In this document: positions 23,582 to 36,337 of the stretch, one piece after another
How the letters are laid out: every line of letters begins with the position of its first letter
Position numbering within the stretch: the stretch's first letter is position 1
From: Mobula hypostoma
Taxonomy: Eukaryota
Reading direction: 5' to 3'
Length of the DNA: 64,000 bases
NCBI RefSeq assembly: GCF_963921235.1
Contig: NC_086108.1
Location: 92,506,001 to 92,570,000 of the forward strand
Program-made: the position numbers and the translations under genes
Notes under the pieces: generated by a model
What the model was told of the DNA's origin: nothing
Databases searched by the model: none
The model's input: only the letters and a program-made list of their open reading frames with translations

Positions 23582-24637
23582 TGAACTGGCTTGCCCACAG
23601 AAGGCAAAGAATGGTTGTAGACGGATCATATTCTGCATGGAGGTCAGTCACCAGTGGTGTACTTCAGGGATCTGTTCTGGGACCCCTACTCTTCGTGGTT
23701 TTTTATAAATAACCTGGATGAGGAAATGGAGAGATGGGTTAGTAAATTTGCTGATGACACAAAGGTTGGAGGTGTTGTGGATAGTGTGGAGGACTGTCAG
23801 AGGTTACAGCGGGACATTGATAGGATGCAAAACTGGGCTGAGAAGTGGCAGATGGCGTTCAACCCAGATAAGTGTGAGGTGGTTCATTTTGGTAGGTCAA
23901 ATATGATGACAGAATATAGTATTAATGGCAGCGTGGAGGATCAGAGGGATCTTGGGGTCCGAGTCCATAGGACACTCAAAGCTGCTACGCAGGTTGATTC
24001 TGTGGTTAAGAAGGCATACGGTGCATTGGCCTTCATCAACCATGGGATTGAGTTTAGGAGCTGAGAGGTAATGTGCAGCTATATGGGAACCAGGTCAGAC
24101 CCCACTTGGAGTACTGTGCTCAATTCTGGTCGCCACACTACAGGAAGGATGTGGAAATCATTGAAAGGGTGCAGAGGAGATTTACAAGTATGTTGCCTGG
24201 ATTGGGGAGCATGCCTTATGAGAATAGGTTGAGTGAACTTGGCCTTTTCTCCTTGGAGTGATGGAGGATGAGAGGTGACCTGATAGAGGTGTACAAGATG
24301 ATGAGAGGCATTGATTGTGTGGATAGTCAGAGGCTTTTTTCCCAGGGCTGAAATTGCTAGCACGAGAGGGCACAGTTTAAGGTGCTTGGAAGTAGGTACA
24401 GAGGAGATGTCAGGGGTAAGTTTTTTTATGCAGAGTGGTGAGTGTGTGGAATGGGCTGCCGGCGACGGTGTTGGATGTGGAAACGATAGGGTCTTTTCAG
24501 GGTCTCCTAGATAGGTACATGGAGCTCAGAAAAATAGAGGGCCATGGGGTACCCCTAGGTAATGTCTAAGGTAAGGATATGTTCGGCACAGCATTGTGGG
24601 CCGAAGGGCCTGTATTGTGCTGGAAGTTTTCTATGTT
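23582..24637 (+). mobile_element. 5'-truncated CR1 LINE
   Basis: KFADDTKVGG...WQMAFNPDKCEVVHFG, VRPHLEYCAQFWSPHY. The tail ends TTTTCTATGTT. Confidence 0.92.
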
Positions 24638-24860
24638 CGCTTTGGAAACTTCGCGACATTTGCCGGAAGCTCGCCAGCTCATCCTCGGACTGTGCTGTCG
24701 CTGATGTAAACGACGCATTTTGCTGCATTTTTCGATGTTTTAATGAATATGTAACAAATAAAACTAATCTCTCTTTATCTGTTTCAGTAAATAAGTAACT
24801 TTGAAGGGGGGGGAACCTTGCAATTTCAGGAACAAATTTGCGGCTAATAAAGAATCTTAA

Positions 24861-24999
24861 GCAACACACATCAAAGTTGCTGGTGAACGCAGCAGGCCAA
24901 GCAGCATCTATAGGAAGAGGCGCAGTCGACGTTTCAGGCCGAGACCCTTCGTCAGGACTAACTGAAGGAAGAGTGAGTAAGGGATTTGAAAGCTGGAAT
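24861..24999 (-). mobile_element. Young 139-bp Penelope terminal fragment in the ALG14 upstream region
   Basis: 8-bp TSD AATCTTAA (24853-24860, 25000-25007). Differs by about 2 nt from 28152-28288. Intact hammerhead motif at 24924-24959 on the minus strand. Confidence 0.85.
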
Positions 25000-25019
25000 A
25001 ATCTTAATGAGTGTTCGTA

Positions 25020-25290
25020 AAGTAGGACGTGCAGCAGCCAATTTATCGACAGGAAACTTCCACAAACATTGAGCGGATTATAAAAATTAGAATTATATAG
25101 ACGCCGAGAGATAGCCCAGAATTATAAAATATTGTTTAGTGAATGCATTTTTCCTATTGGTCAAAGTGGTTGAAAAATTATTTCCATCGACGGCTATACT
25201 GAAGAGTTTGCTTGCGATTTTGAAGTGCGGTGAAGCAGGGTTATAGTCTGATGCGCCGTAGTGCTTGATTGACAGCTGGTCCCGGGTTCA
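25020..25290 (+). promoter_or_regulatory. Probable ALG14 promoter / 5' UTR
   Basis: Locally CpG-enriched unique sequence directly upstream of the start codon, with CCAAT at 25038-25042 and inverted CCAAT (ATTGG) at 25156-25160. The TSS cannot be determined. Confidence 0.5.
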
Positions 25291-25435
25291 ATGAGTTGGT
25301 GGTTCGGAGCGGGCGTTGCGCTGTTGGCGCTAGTCTGCATATTCCTTGCACGATTTTTCCTAATACTAGGGCGGAATGAGACGCCAGAGGCCCGCAAGCG
25401 GGGCTCCGCCAGCATTCTGGTGGTTATCGGCTCTG
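25291..25435 (+). CDS. ALG14: ALG14 coding exon 1 (N-terminal hydrophobic anchor, ILVVIGSG)
   Basis: MSWWFGAGVALLALVCIFLARFF...SASILVVIGS-G, donor G|GTAAG, phase 1. Splices to exon 2 to give the ALG14 signature GSGGHTTE. Confidence 0.93.
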
Positions 25436-27103
25436 GTAAGTTTGCTTCGGCAGCAGGAAGCGAGGATCAGGCAAGCGCATAGTCTCCATGTTGGTAAAGG
25501 ATTGGAAACGCGGAAGCGAGTGAGGGTTATGTGCTTGATACACTGTGATTACGTGTAAGGTAAATGCAGAATAATTCCACACATCGAAACTGATCTCGGA
25601 CCGAGTTAGCTCGTCTATATTTGATTTTCCATTCTGCAAAAGCAGTAGACGTTATGAGATGTCTGTAACTATTGCAAAAAAAGTCTTGAGAGTAAAGAGT
25701 CGACGTTAATTCTTTAATGCAGTGATGAGCGAATCTGGGGTTCTTTTCCCCGGAAGCGCTCTCCCTGACCCCCTGGGTGGGCGTGAAAAACTCTTTGAGC
25801 GAAAGATGAGGGAGTTATTTCATGTGCCTTGATTAACCTTGCCAAAGGCCATGTTATCTGCCCATTGTTGTGGGCCACTGACTTATTGAATTATTGAACA
25901 ACGATTTCTCTAATTTCCGGTAATGTCTTCCCTCTCCCCCTTCTCTCTTGTTTCATTCTTCATTCTGCTCTCCCTTTAACCCTTCCCCGTAACCCTTCCC
26001 TGTCCTTCTCACCTGCCCATCACTTCTCTCCTGTGCTCCTTCCCTTTCTCCCGTCGCCTACTGTCCTCTCCTATCGGATTCTTCGTCAGCCTCTTCCACC
26101 GATCAGTTCCCAGTTTACCTCATTACCCCCCCCACCCATCCATCCACCTACATACTTACCCCTCACCTGAATCTTGTACTCCTGCCCTTCCCCCACCTTC
26201 TTATCCTGGCTTCTTCCACCCCTGACCATTCCTGTCCTGATGAAGGGTCTCAGCCAAGAATGCGACCGTCTTTTCCTTTCCATAGATGCTGTCTGACCTG
26301 CTGAGTTCCTCCAGTAGTTTATGTCTGCTACTCTATTTTTCCAGCATCTGCGGAATCTTATGTTTATAACTTATTACTGGTCACGTGTACCAAAGTACAG
26401 TGAAAACTTTGCATACCATCCATACATATCACTTCACATCATCAGTACGTCAAGGTAGCACAACGCAAAGGCAATAACAGGATGCAGAATGAAGTGTTAT
26501 ACTGTGATGATAACAGGTCTACTGACCATGAATTCGAAACTCAAACAAAATCCTTAAGCCCTGTCCGATATAAACACCTACAGGTACTCTGACTAAAGGA
26601 ATGTTATACTGTAACTACCAAATCTTCAAAGGCTAGTTCACTTGCCTGTTTATCCTGTATGCGATTTTAGCTGCCAATACCTACTGCTTGAGTGGTGGGA
26701 TTCCCCTCCCTACCATGGAGGTGACACTTCCAGCTCACAAAGCAGTTTAAACACGGTTCAGTTATCTTTAGTGATTTGTGTCTAAATCCAAACAACGTTC
26801 TTGAAACACATTTAAATCTCACAGATGGCTTCTATCTTATAAAAGGCTTTTAAATTACAAACCATTTCTAAGACACAAAAGAGTTTCAAAACATGGATGT
26901 AATTTCTACAAACTAAAAAGACATAACCATGAGCTGGTAACGAACCAGTTGTCCATCACAGAAATCAAAGGCCAAGGAATGGATTCCAATTCATCCCATC
27001 TTTCTGTCATTTTTCTTGATGATCCTGGACTATTCCCAATAAGTTTGGGGTATGCTCTCAACATTTATACTGTTTCCTTGCCACTTGGATGACTTCACAC
27101 ACA

Positions 27104-27395
27104 TGGGTAGTACAGTAGCCTAGTGGTTAGCATATTGCTTTACAGTACCAGCGACCCAGGCTCATTTCCTGCTGCTGTCTGTGAAGAGTTAGCACATTCT
27201 CTCCGTGACTGCGTGCGTTTCCTCCGGATGCTCCGGTTTCCTCCTCAGTCCAAAGACGCACTGGGTTAGTATGCTAAATGGTCATTGTAAATAGTCCTGT
27301 GGTTTAGGCTAGAGTTAAATCAGGGGTTGTCGGGTGGTGCTGGTTGAAGGGTAGGAAGGGCCTATTCCATGCTGTATCTCAATAAAATAAAAAAT
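27104..27395 (+). mobile_element. HE1-like SINE (tRNA head, V-SINE-type core, CR1-like tail)
   Basis: TAGCCTAGTGGTTAG head, core TTTCCTCCGGATGCTCCGGTTTCCTCC, tail GAAGGGCCTATTCCATGCTGTATCTC. Related copies at ~7440-7590(-), ~23415-23570(+) and 41377-41652(-). Confidence 0.8.
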
Positions 27396-27904
27396 AATAT
27401 TTTTCAGGTACCTTTTAACACAAGTGTCTAAAAGTTTCTGGAGATAGAGATCCCAATATACCCATAATTAATGCTATGAAGCTGAATCCCTGAGTACACA
27501 AGCTATTGGTATGCGAAAGTCTCGTTGCAAAGGAAGGTGATCAGTCATACATCTGGAGATTGCATGGAATTATGGTATTGAAAGTGGTGCTGTAGTCAGT
27601 AAACAGTATCAGATTCAGATTCATTTATTTATCAATGTATATCAAAGCATAGTGAAATGTGTTGTTTACCAACCAACACAACAGCCTAAGGATGTGCTGG
27701 GGGGGGGGGGGTGGAGCCTGCAAGTGTCATCACACATTTTGGCACCAACGTGCTCACCATGTTCACAGAATGCAGACAAAACAACAGCATCAAAGCAAGC
27801 TCCTTTCCTCCCTCCCACCCATATATACACACACACACACACGCGCATGCAGACACTCGTCTAAATCCAGGGCAGGTCTCTGGCCCTTCTCACTCAGTGG
27901 GTGG

Positions 27905-28090
27905 AGAAGAAGAAGAATAGCCCTTAACTCCACAGTGGAGTTATTGGGGCACCATCATGACGGTGTTTCCGTCGCAAGCTATTCTTGTTTTTACGAGGCC
28001 GAGTTGCTAGCTCGACACTCAACCCGACTTGGATTCGAACTCGGGAACCTTCGCTCCGGAGTCCGGCGCTGATATTATTGCGCCACCCAA
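27905..28090 (-). mobile_element. tRNA-derived SINE with (TTC)n tail
   Basis: Minus strand GGTGGCGCAATAATATCAGCGCCGGACTCCGGAGCGAAGGTTCCCGAGTTCGAATCC contains a perfect B box. Shares its head with 12836-12970. Confidence 0.75.
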
Positions 28091-28118
28091 GCTGGAAGTG
28101 GGTGGAGAACCTATGGAA

Positions 28119-28578
28119 ACAACAGGAATTCTGCAGATGCTGGAAATTCAAGCAACATACATCAAAGTTGCTGGTGAACGCAGGAGGCCAAGCAGCATCT
28201 ATAGGAAGAGGCGCAGTCGACGTTTCAGGCCGAGACCCTTCGTCAGGACTAACTGAAGGAAGAGTGAGTAAGGGATTTGAAAGCTGGAGGGGGAGGGGGA
28301 GATGCAAAATGATAGGAGAAGACAGGAGGGGGAGGGATAGAGCCGAGAGCTGGACAGGTGATAGGCAAAAGGGGATACGAGAGGATCATGGGACAGGAGG
28401 TCTAGGGAGAAAGATGGGGGGGGGGTGACCCAGAGGATGGGCAAGAGGTATATTCAGAGGGACAGAGGGAGAAAAAGGAGAGTGAGAGAAAGAATGTGTG
28501 CATAAAAAGGAGTAACAGCTGGGGTACGAGGGGGAGGTGGGGCCTAGCGGAAGTTAGAGAAGTCATGTTAGAGAAGCA
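28119..28578 (-). mobile_element. Young Penelope terminal-repeat insert
   Basis: 15-bp TSD GGAGAACCTATGGAA (28104-28118, 28579-28593), near-identical to 9033-9448, hammerhead at 28215-28250. Confidence 0.92.
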
Positions 28579-29847
28579 GGAGAACCTATGGAATTATTTT
28601 CTGAATCAAGATTGTGGAAACCACATTGAATATGGTTGGGGCAGCTGCCTGATTTTTGTTTTGATTGCAAATGGGCATCAGAGTGAATTGGAAAGTGTGG
28701 GGAAATTTGTATAAATCGCGACTGGATCAGTCGTATTCTTGATAAATGATGGTGCAGACTCAAGGGTCTAAGCCGGCTTACTCCTACTCCCATTTATTCT
28801 TGTTTCCATGCCTCTGCAATGTGTAACACGGACATGATTTATACATAACTGAGAGCATGCATTAAGTACTGAAATACTTCCATGATATTTGAGTAAACAT
28901 TATAAATTTTGTATTATAAAATAGTGTGACTGAGTGCATAAAGTTGCAGCAATTCATTACTAGTAAGGAATCCATTTGAATATCCTGTGCTAAGTTAACC
29001 CTTCACTTGAGGTAATGGTTGTAAATAATTACAGTTTTAAATTTTACGTATTTTTCCACCAGAAGGAGCGTTCAGCTGAAGCATTTGCCCTGTTCTTGTC
29101 TCTCTGATTGTCTGGCTGCTGAGTGTTGGCTTGGCTTATTTGCTTTTGAAGTACTTTGCCTGCTGCTAGTCAATCAGTCTTAGCTGGCCTCCTTGTTATA
29201 GTTCGTGTTAAGACCATAAGCTATAGGAGCAGAATCAAGCTATTTGGCCCATCCATCATGACTGATCAATTTTCTCTCTCAACCCCAATCTCCTGCCTTC
29301 TCCCCGTATCACTTCATGCCCTGACTAATCAAGAATCTATCAACCTCTGCCTTAAGTATACCCAATGACTTGGCCTCCACAGGCACCTGTGGCAATGAAT
29401 TCCACAGATTCGCCACATTAAAAGCTGCTGCTCTTTTAACTTGTCCCAAATCCTGTTCACTTATCCCTCTGACTGGCAATGCTCACACCAGCTGTCATTG
29501 TGACTTTGATCTTCTCTATCTCTGTAAACTCCTAAAGCTGCAGGTACTCTAAGCTGCATGTTGAGAGTCTTCCCCTGTTTTTAACTGCTCCATTATTGAC
29601 AAAGAACTTAAGTTGTAAACTGACTAGGGCCTGATCCAGGGTTTCAGACAGTTCCTTCCCTTCCCCTGCCCCAGAGATGCTCGACCTGCTGAGTTCTCCA
29701 GCAGATTTTCTTTTTGTTGCTCCAGGTTCCAGCATCTAAAGTCTGATGTCTCCCGGTTCACAATCAGTACCCTTTTTCTGCCTTCTCCCATATCTCTTCA
29801 CTCCGCTATCTTTAAGAGCTCTATCTAACTCTTTTTTGAAAGAATCC

Positions 29848-32571
29848 TTTTGCACCTTCATTAATCCCTTGGTTCTGTAAGGTTTTCGAGGCTTCATTAA
29901 AACTTGGTAAACTTCCCGAATCTTTCAATAGAGCGTCAATCTCTCTAATATTAAAGAAGGATAAAGATCCTGCTCAATGTGCATCTTATAGACCAATATC
30001 TTTATTAAATGTTGACTCTAAAATTTTTTCTAAGTTATTAGCAAACAGATTAGAAAAAGGACTTCCTTTTATTATTTCGGAAGACCAAACGGGTTTTATT
30101 AAAGGTCGTTACTCTTTTTATAACATTCGCACACTGTTAAATATTGTTTCTACCCCCTCACAAAATGTTCCTGAGTGTGTTATCTCTTTAGATGCTGAGA
30201 AAGCTTTTGATAGAGTAGAATGGCCTTACTTATTTAAGGTGCTTGAAATGTTTAATTTTAGCTCGAAATTTATATCCTGGATCAAACTGTTATATCATTC
30301 TCCTGTGGCCTCGGTCCGTACTAACTCTCTAAGCTCACCTTTTTTCCCTCTTTTTCGAGGTACTCGACAAGGTTGTCCACTTAGTCCTTTATTATTTGAT
30401 ATTGCATTAGAACCTCTTGCAATTGCCATTCGAGAATCTCCAAATATTACTGGGATAACTCGGGGCTTAAAGTCCCATAAAATATCACTCTATGCTGATG
30501 ACTTACTTTTATATATTTCTAATCCTCAAAAATCTATCCCTGCTGTTTTAGAGCTATTAGCACAATTTAGTCTCTTTTCAGGTTATAAATTAAATCTTAG
30601 TAAGAGTGAACTTTTCCCGATTAATAAACAACTTCCCTTATATCATAACTTTCCGTTTAAATTGATTAATAATTATTTTTCATATCTTGGGATTAAAATT
30701 ACTTGTAAACACAAAGATTTATTTAAGATTAACTTTTTACCCTTAATTGACCATATTATTCAACTTTCATCTAAATGGTTTCCTTTATATTTAACTTTGA
30801 TTGGTCGTATTAATACAGTTAAGATGATTTTTCTGCCAAAATTTCTATATATATTTCAGGCATTACTGATTTTTGTTCCAAAATCTTTTTTTGATAAAAT
30901 TGACTCAAAAATTTCTTCATTTATTTGGCAAAATAAAAACCTGAGACTGGGTAAAATACATTTACAGAAAGCTAAGAGAGATGGTGGTTTAGCATTGCCT
31001 AACTTTAGATTCTATTATTGGGCAATCAATATTCGAGATATGAAATTTTGCTTACTTGACCAGGATATACTATCCATTCCTAAATGGGTAGCATTGGAAT
31101 TACAATCTGTTCAGGGCTATACACTTGGCTCTATTTTAGGTTCCTCTCTTCCTTTTGATTTGAAATGCCTTAAACAGGTAACTAACCCGATAGTTAAATA
31201 TACCTTACGTATTTGGTTCCAATTCAGAAAATTTTTTGATCTTAACCAATTTGGGCTAGCGATTCCTATTTTAGGTAACATATTTTTTCCTCCCTCTTTT
31301 ACGGATCGTGCTTTTCAAATTTGGAAGACTAAGGGTATTTCACGGTTTTTGGATTTATTTTTAGATGGTTCCCTTATGTCTTTTGAACAATTATCTAATA
31401 AATATAATTTATCAAGAATACATTTTTTTTAGGTATCTACAAGTTAGAAATTTCCTAAGTACTATACTTCCTTCTTTTCCAATGCTTCCTCCTACATACA
31501 TTTTAGATACTACAATTAACCTTAATCCATGTCAGAAAGGTGCATCGGCTATGATTTATAATATTATTATGAAACTTAGGAAAGCTCCATTTGATAAGAT
31601 TAGGGTAGATTGGGAACAGGAATTGGGGTCTATCATTTCCGTGGATGACTGGGGGCAGATTTTACAATTAGTCAATACTTCCTCTATCTGTGCTAAACAT
31701 TCCCTAATTCAATTTAAAGTTGTTCATAGAGCACATATGTCCAAAGATAAATTAGCTTGCTTTTATTCTCATATTAATCCTTTTTGTGATAGATGTACGG
31801 GGCAGATAGCCTCTTTAACTCATATGTTTTAGTCTTGTCCTACTCTGGAAACTTTTTGGAGAGACATTTTTAATATTATCTCAAAGGTATTGAATATAGA
31901 TATCTCTCCTCACCCTATTACTGCTATCTTTGGACTACCTAAAATTTCCAGTAATCTTTCTCCTTCAGCCCGTAGAATGATTGCATTTCTTACTTTAATG
32001 GCGAAAAGATGTATCTTACAACATTGGAAAGAGCTTAATGCTCCAACCACCTTTTTTTGGTTTTCTCAGACGATATTATGCTTGAATTTGGAGAAAATTA
32101 GAAGCAATCTTTATGATTCCTCACTTAAATTTGAACAGACCTGGAGATCTTTTATTCAATATTTTCATTTACTGTAATTTTTTTTCTTCTCTTTTTTGCT
32201 CCATATTTATATACCCTTCTTGTTTTTTTTTACTGTTTTTAATGGAGGTCGGGTTTGAGGACGTGATTTTAAGTTCTTTAACTCTATTTGGTTCCAAGTT
32301 AGCCCATTGCTTTGCTTTGCTTTTAGTTTAGTTGCACTGTGGGTTTTTTTTTGGGGGGGGGGGGTTTCCTTTTCTCTATTGATATATATATATAAAAATT
32401 AGTATACTATTATGTTACCTTAGTATGTTATGTTTAAATTACATTGTTTGTATCACTTTTTTCTGTATTAATATTTCCTGTAATTTTATTATATTCTAAC
32501 AGTGTATTAGTGCCTATATGGCTTACCCTTTTGTATACTTATTCAATAGAAAGATTTAAAAAGAAAAGAAA
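29848..32571 (+). mobile_element. 5'-truncated L1/Tx1-group LINE (ORF2 RT + C-terminal CCHC), lightly disrupted
   Basis: YRPISLLNVDSKI, RGTRQGCPLSPLLF, LYADD, CDRC...THMF. Frameshift at a T-run near 31425 and stop at 31830. A-rich tail and 10-bp TSD GAAAGAATCC (29838-29847, 32572-32581) inside a CR1 3' fragment. Confidence 0.93.
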
Positions 32572-33339
32572 GAAAGAATCCAGAGAATTGGCCTCTACTG
32601 CCTTCTGAGGCAGAGCATTCCACAGATCCACAACCCTCTGCGTGAAAAGTTTTTTCCTCAACTCCGTTCTAAATTGTCTACCCCTTATTCTTAAACTGTG
32701 GCCTCTGGTTCTGGACTCCTCCAACATCGGGAACATGTTTCCTGCCTCTAGTGTGTCCAATCCCTTAATAATCTTATACGTTTCAATCAGACTAGGGACA
32801 CTCACTGAGCTCCTCCTTACCTGTTTGACCACCTTTGTCAGATCCTGTTTCTGTGAAGTACACTGAGCTCCTGTTTGCACTATCTGTGACTCTGATTTTC
32901 TGGGTTTCTCCCGGATACTCCAGGTTTATACCACATTCCAAAAGTATCAATAAGTGAACTATAATCATAGTTATACAGCAAGTCTGTTTGTCCAGTGGAG
33001 GTGCCCTATCCAGGTGCTGGAGGACTGTGTGTGTGTGGATAGGAGCGAATAAAGAGGCTTGTTTTGCTGTTGTTCTGCTGAACATTACAGTCATGCTAAT
33101 TCGAACCAGAACGTGTGGCGACACTTGTATCCATTGCATCCTTAGATTGTGTTGGTTGTTAATGCAAACGATGCATTTCACTTTAGGTTTCAATGTACGT
33201 GTGATTAGTAAATGATTCTGAATCTGAGCATGGGAACAGGCCATCCGTATCCAACTCATCTGTAAAGATGTCTGCCCAATCTTGTCCCATCAGCATGTGT
33301 TTGGCTCATATCCTCTAATCCTCTCCAATCCAAATTGGA

Positions 33340-35690
33340 ATGTCAGAAAATTTTTGACAAGAGCCAGCCATTCGGCCCAACAAAGCTTGCCAAATTCCGA
33401 TTCTCATAATATGTTGAAATAATTATTGAGTTTAGATTTGAAAATCTCTAAGGTACTACTCTCACCTTCACAACTAGGTAGTTTATGTGTCCACAACGCA
33501 GTGGGTAAAGAAATGCTTCAGAAATCTCCCCTTAACCAGTCTCCGCCTATGCCCCGTGTCCTTGATGATGCATTAATTTTGAAGTAGCAGTATCCTCCTT
33601 ACTTATAGCCTTAATGATTTTGAACACTTCCATCAGGTCTCCTCTCATTCTACGTCTATTTAGGCTAAAAAGATTTAATTATTTCAATCTTTCTTCATAG
33701 TTCATACCCTGCAGGCCGGGAATGAGTCTAGTCACCCTTCTGTGGACTCTCTCCAATGCCTTCACATCCCTCACACAATATGGAGACCAAAATTGTGCAC
33801 AGTATTCAGGGTGTCGCCTCGCAAGTGCATTATACTGCTTAAGGAGAACATCTCTTGACTTGAACTTCACTGAGCCCAACATTCTATTAGCCTTCCTTAT
33901 CGCTTCTGTGCATTGTCCAGATTTTGATAGTGATAGGTCTACCGGGACACCCAAATCCCTCTCATACAGTATCTCTCACTCAAGACCACCCACTGTATAT
34001 TTATATCTATTATTTCTGCTTCCTATATGTAATACTTTACATTTACTTACATTAAATTTCATCTGCCCACATCTGGATTTTGTTTAGCTCTAACTGTATT
34101 GATTCTGTTGCCTCAGTGTTGTCAGCCCTTCCCCCTAATTTTGTATCATCAGCAAAGTTTACTAGTTTATTTCTTATGTTCTCATCCAAATCATTAATGT
34201 AGATTAAAAACAGCAGCAGCCCCAAAACCAATCCCTTGCAGAACCCCACTTTTAACATCATCTCGGTGTGAAAGTGATCCTCTCATCAAAACTCGTTTTC
34301 TGTTTTTTGGCCAATTCTGCACCCATTTGCCCACCTTATCCTGAATACCTACCTCCTGTAATTTGATTGTTAACCTCTCATGAGATACCTTGTTAAAAGC
34401 CTTCTGAAAGCGCAAGTAAATTACATCAACAGCTCTGTTGCTATCATAAATTTTAATTGCCTCTTCATAGAACTCCAGCATATTAGTAAAACATGTTTTT
34501 CCCCTTTCTGAACCCACGCTGGCTTTCTGCCAACATGCCTGTTCTTATCAGCTGCTTTTCCATCTCATTCTTTATTATTGTTTCCATTATCTTGCCTGCA
34601 ATACACGTTAAGCTTACTGGTCTATAGTTACCAGGGTCAGTGTGCTCATCTTTCTTGTATACTAGGACAAGGTTAGCCCCTTTCCAGTACTTGGGGATTT
34701 CACCAGTCTTCACTGACTTTGAAAAATATATGTTGGGGGTTTGTATATATAGTATAATCACAGAACTCTTTAAGTACCCTTTGATATATGTTGTCTGGCC
34801 CTGGAGATTTATTAATTTTCAGCAGAAGCAGGACCCCACTTTCTAACATCTCTAAGTAACTTAAAACAATCTTATTTTTCTCTACACTTAACTGGCATAT
34901 TGTTAGTATCTTTGCTGGTGAATACTTTTGCAAAATATGAGTTAAGAGTATCTGCTTTATCCTCCTCTGAATAATTTAACACCCCACTATTATTCCTAAT
35001 ACACTTAGCTTCCTTCTTGACTTTTCTTTTATTATTTAAGTATTGAAAAATCTCTTGAGGTCAGCAATGTCTTTCTCAACCTGCCTTTTGGCCATCTGAA
35101 TTTCCCTCTTGATTATAGCTCTCATATTTTCATGTGCCTTATGATTAACATCATTACTACTTTTTCTGTATTCCTTATATAGCTGTCTTGTCTTCAATAT
35201 TTTTATGTAAAACTTTATTCATCCATGTAGTTGATCTGTTGTTTTTATTGCTTCTCCCGACCTTGAGAATTAACATTTCCTGCACTGAGTGTATTGCCTC
35301 TTTGAAGCAACTCCATTGCTCCTCAACTGACTCAACGTCCAAACAGTTCCTTCCAGGTTACCTTCTGAATTTTGCTTTGTATGCACAAACTTTGCCTTTC
35401 TGAAGTTCAATTTAATGGCTTTAGCTTTTACTGATATTATCTCCCAAAAAAAAACTAACATTGTTTGTTCCTAAAGGCTCAACAGCTTCCATACTCAAAA
35501 TTCTATCCTGATTGTAACAGGGTATCATATCCAGACGGGCCTCTCTCAGCACTTACATACTCGGTCAAAAAACAATTATTCAATAACTCAATGAATTCAC
35601 TTTCTTGTAATCCATTAGTCTCCCACTCAATGTTTGGGAAATTAAAGTCTCCCATAACTATAACATCACCCTCAGAACTTGCATTTTTTC
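33340..35690 (-). mobile_element. Degenerate CR1 LINE, endonuclease to RT
   Basis: GDVIVMGDFNFPNIEW (antisense of ORF 35465), KSPGPDNIYQRVLKE, DPGNYRPVSLTC, NFADDTKLGG, RHPEYCAQFWSPY spread over several frames. Confidence 0.9.
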
Positions 35691-35722
35691 AATATTCTGA
35701 CAGAGTTCTAAATGTCTTATAG

Positions 35723-36337
35723 TGTTCTCGTGCAGTGTGTTGAAACTCTGACTAAACACCAAGTTAACCCGGAGCCAATGAAGACAGAGTCATAGTAAGA
35801 TTAACCGTTGACTGTTCACTCTTCCACATTAACATCCTATGGTGAAAACTGTGGATAAAAAAATACAAACATATACAGTGTCTGTTTCATTCTTGAGACC
35901 ACGCGCGCTCTTTTAGCGAGTGTCTTCAGCCGCCCAGGGGATGGAGGGGGTCACATCAAACCGCCGCCGGGCTCGAGCCGACCCCACGTTTGAAATTGAA
36001 AAGCCGCCACACGTGCCACTTCCTTTAACAGAATCGGCGTTAATATTTTTACTTCAAATACGGTCGTGAACTTACGGCGTTGCTTCTATAATGTTTCTTT
36101 GTGGGTAGACACGGAGCTCTTCATGTTCATGCTACATGCGCGGGACCCCACCTTTTCTCTTTCTCCGAACCATCCTCCACCACCTCCAGTTTAAATTCCA
36201 TGCGGAATATTTTGGAGGATCAAGAACCAAGAACCAGAGAGTTACCCCCAAAGCGCGGCGAAACCGGAGGTGACGTCATCACATGCCAGGATATACCATA
36301 GACATTGAATTTTATCTTTAACTAGAAAATAGTTACA
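35723..36337 (-). mobile_element. Probable solo LTR, CpG-rich
   Basis: TGT...ACA termini bound a ~615-bp non-coding block of distinct composition. No TSD found; orientation tentative. Confidence 0.5.

Noticed and set aside
25291..25482. 63-aa ORF as a complete small protein
   Set aside because: It is ALG14 exon 1 reading into the intron past the GTAAG donor at 25436.
26495..26612. 11-bp direct repeat TGTTATACTGT as the TSD of a ~96-bp insert
   Set aside because: The enclosed sequence has no element hallmarks; cannot be distinguished from chance.
28020..28090. tRNA gene
   Set aside because: B box is present, but there is no acceptor-stem closure and it continues into a SINE body and tail.
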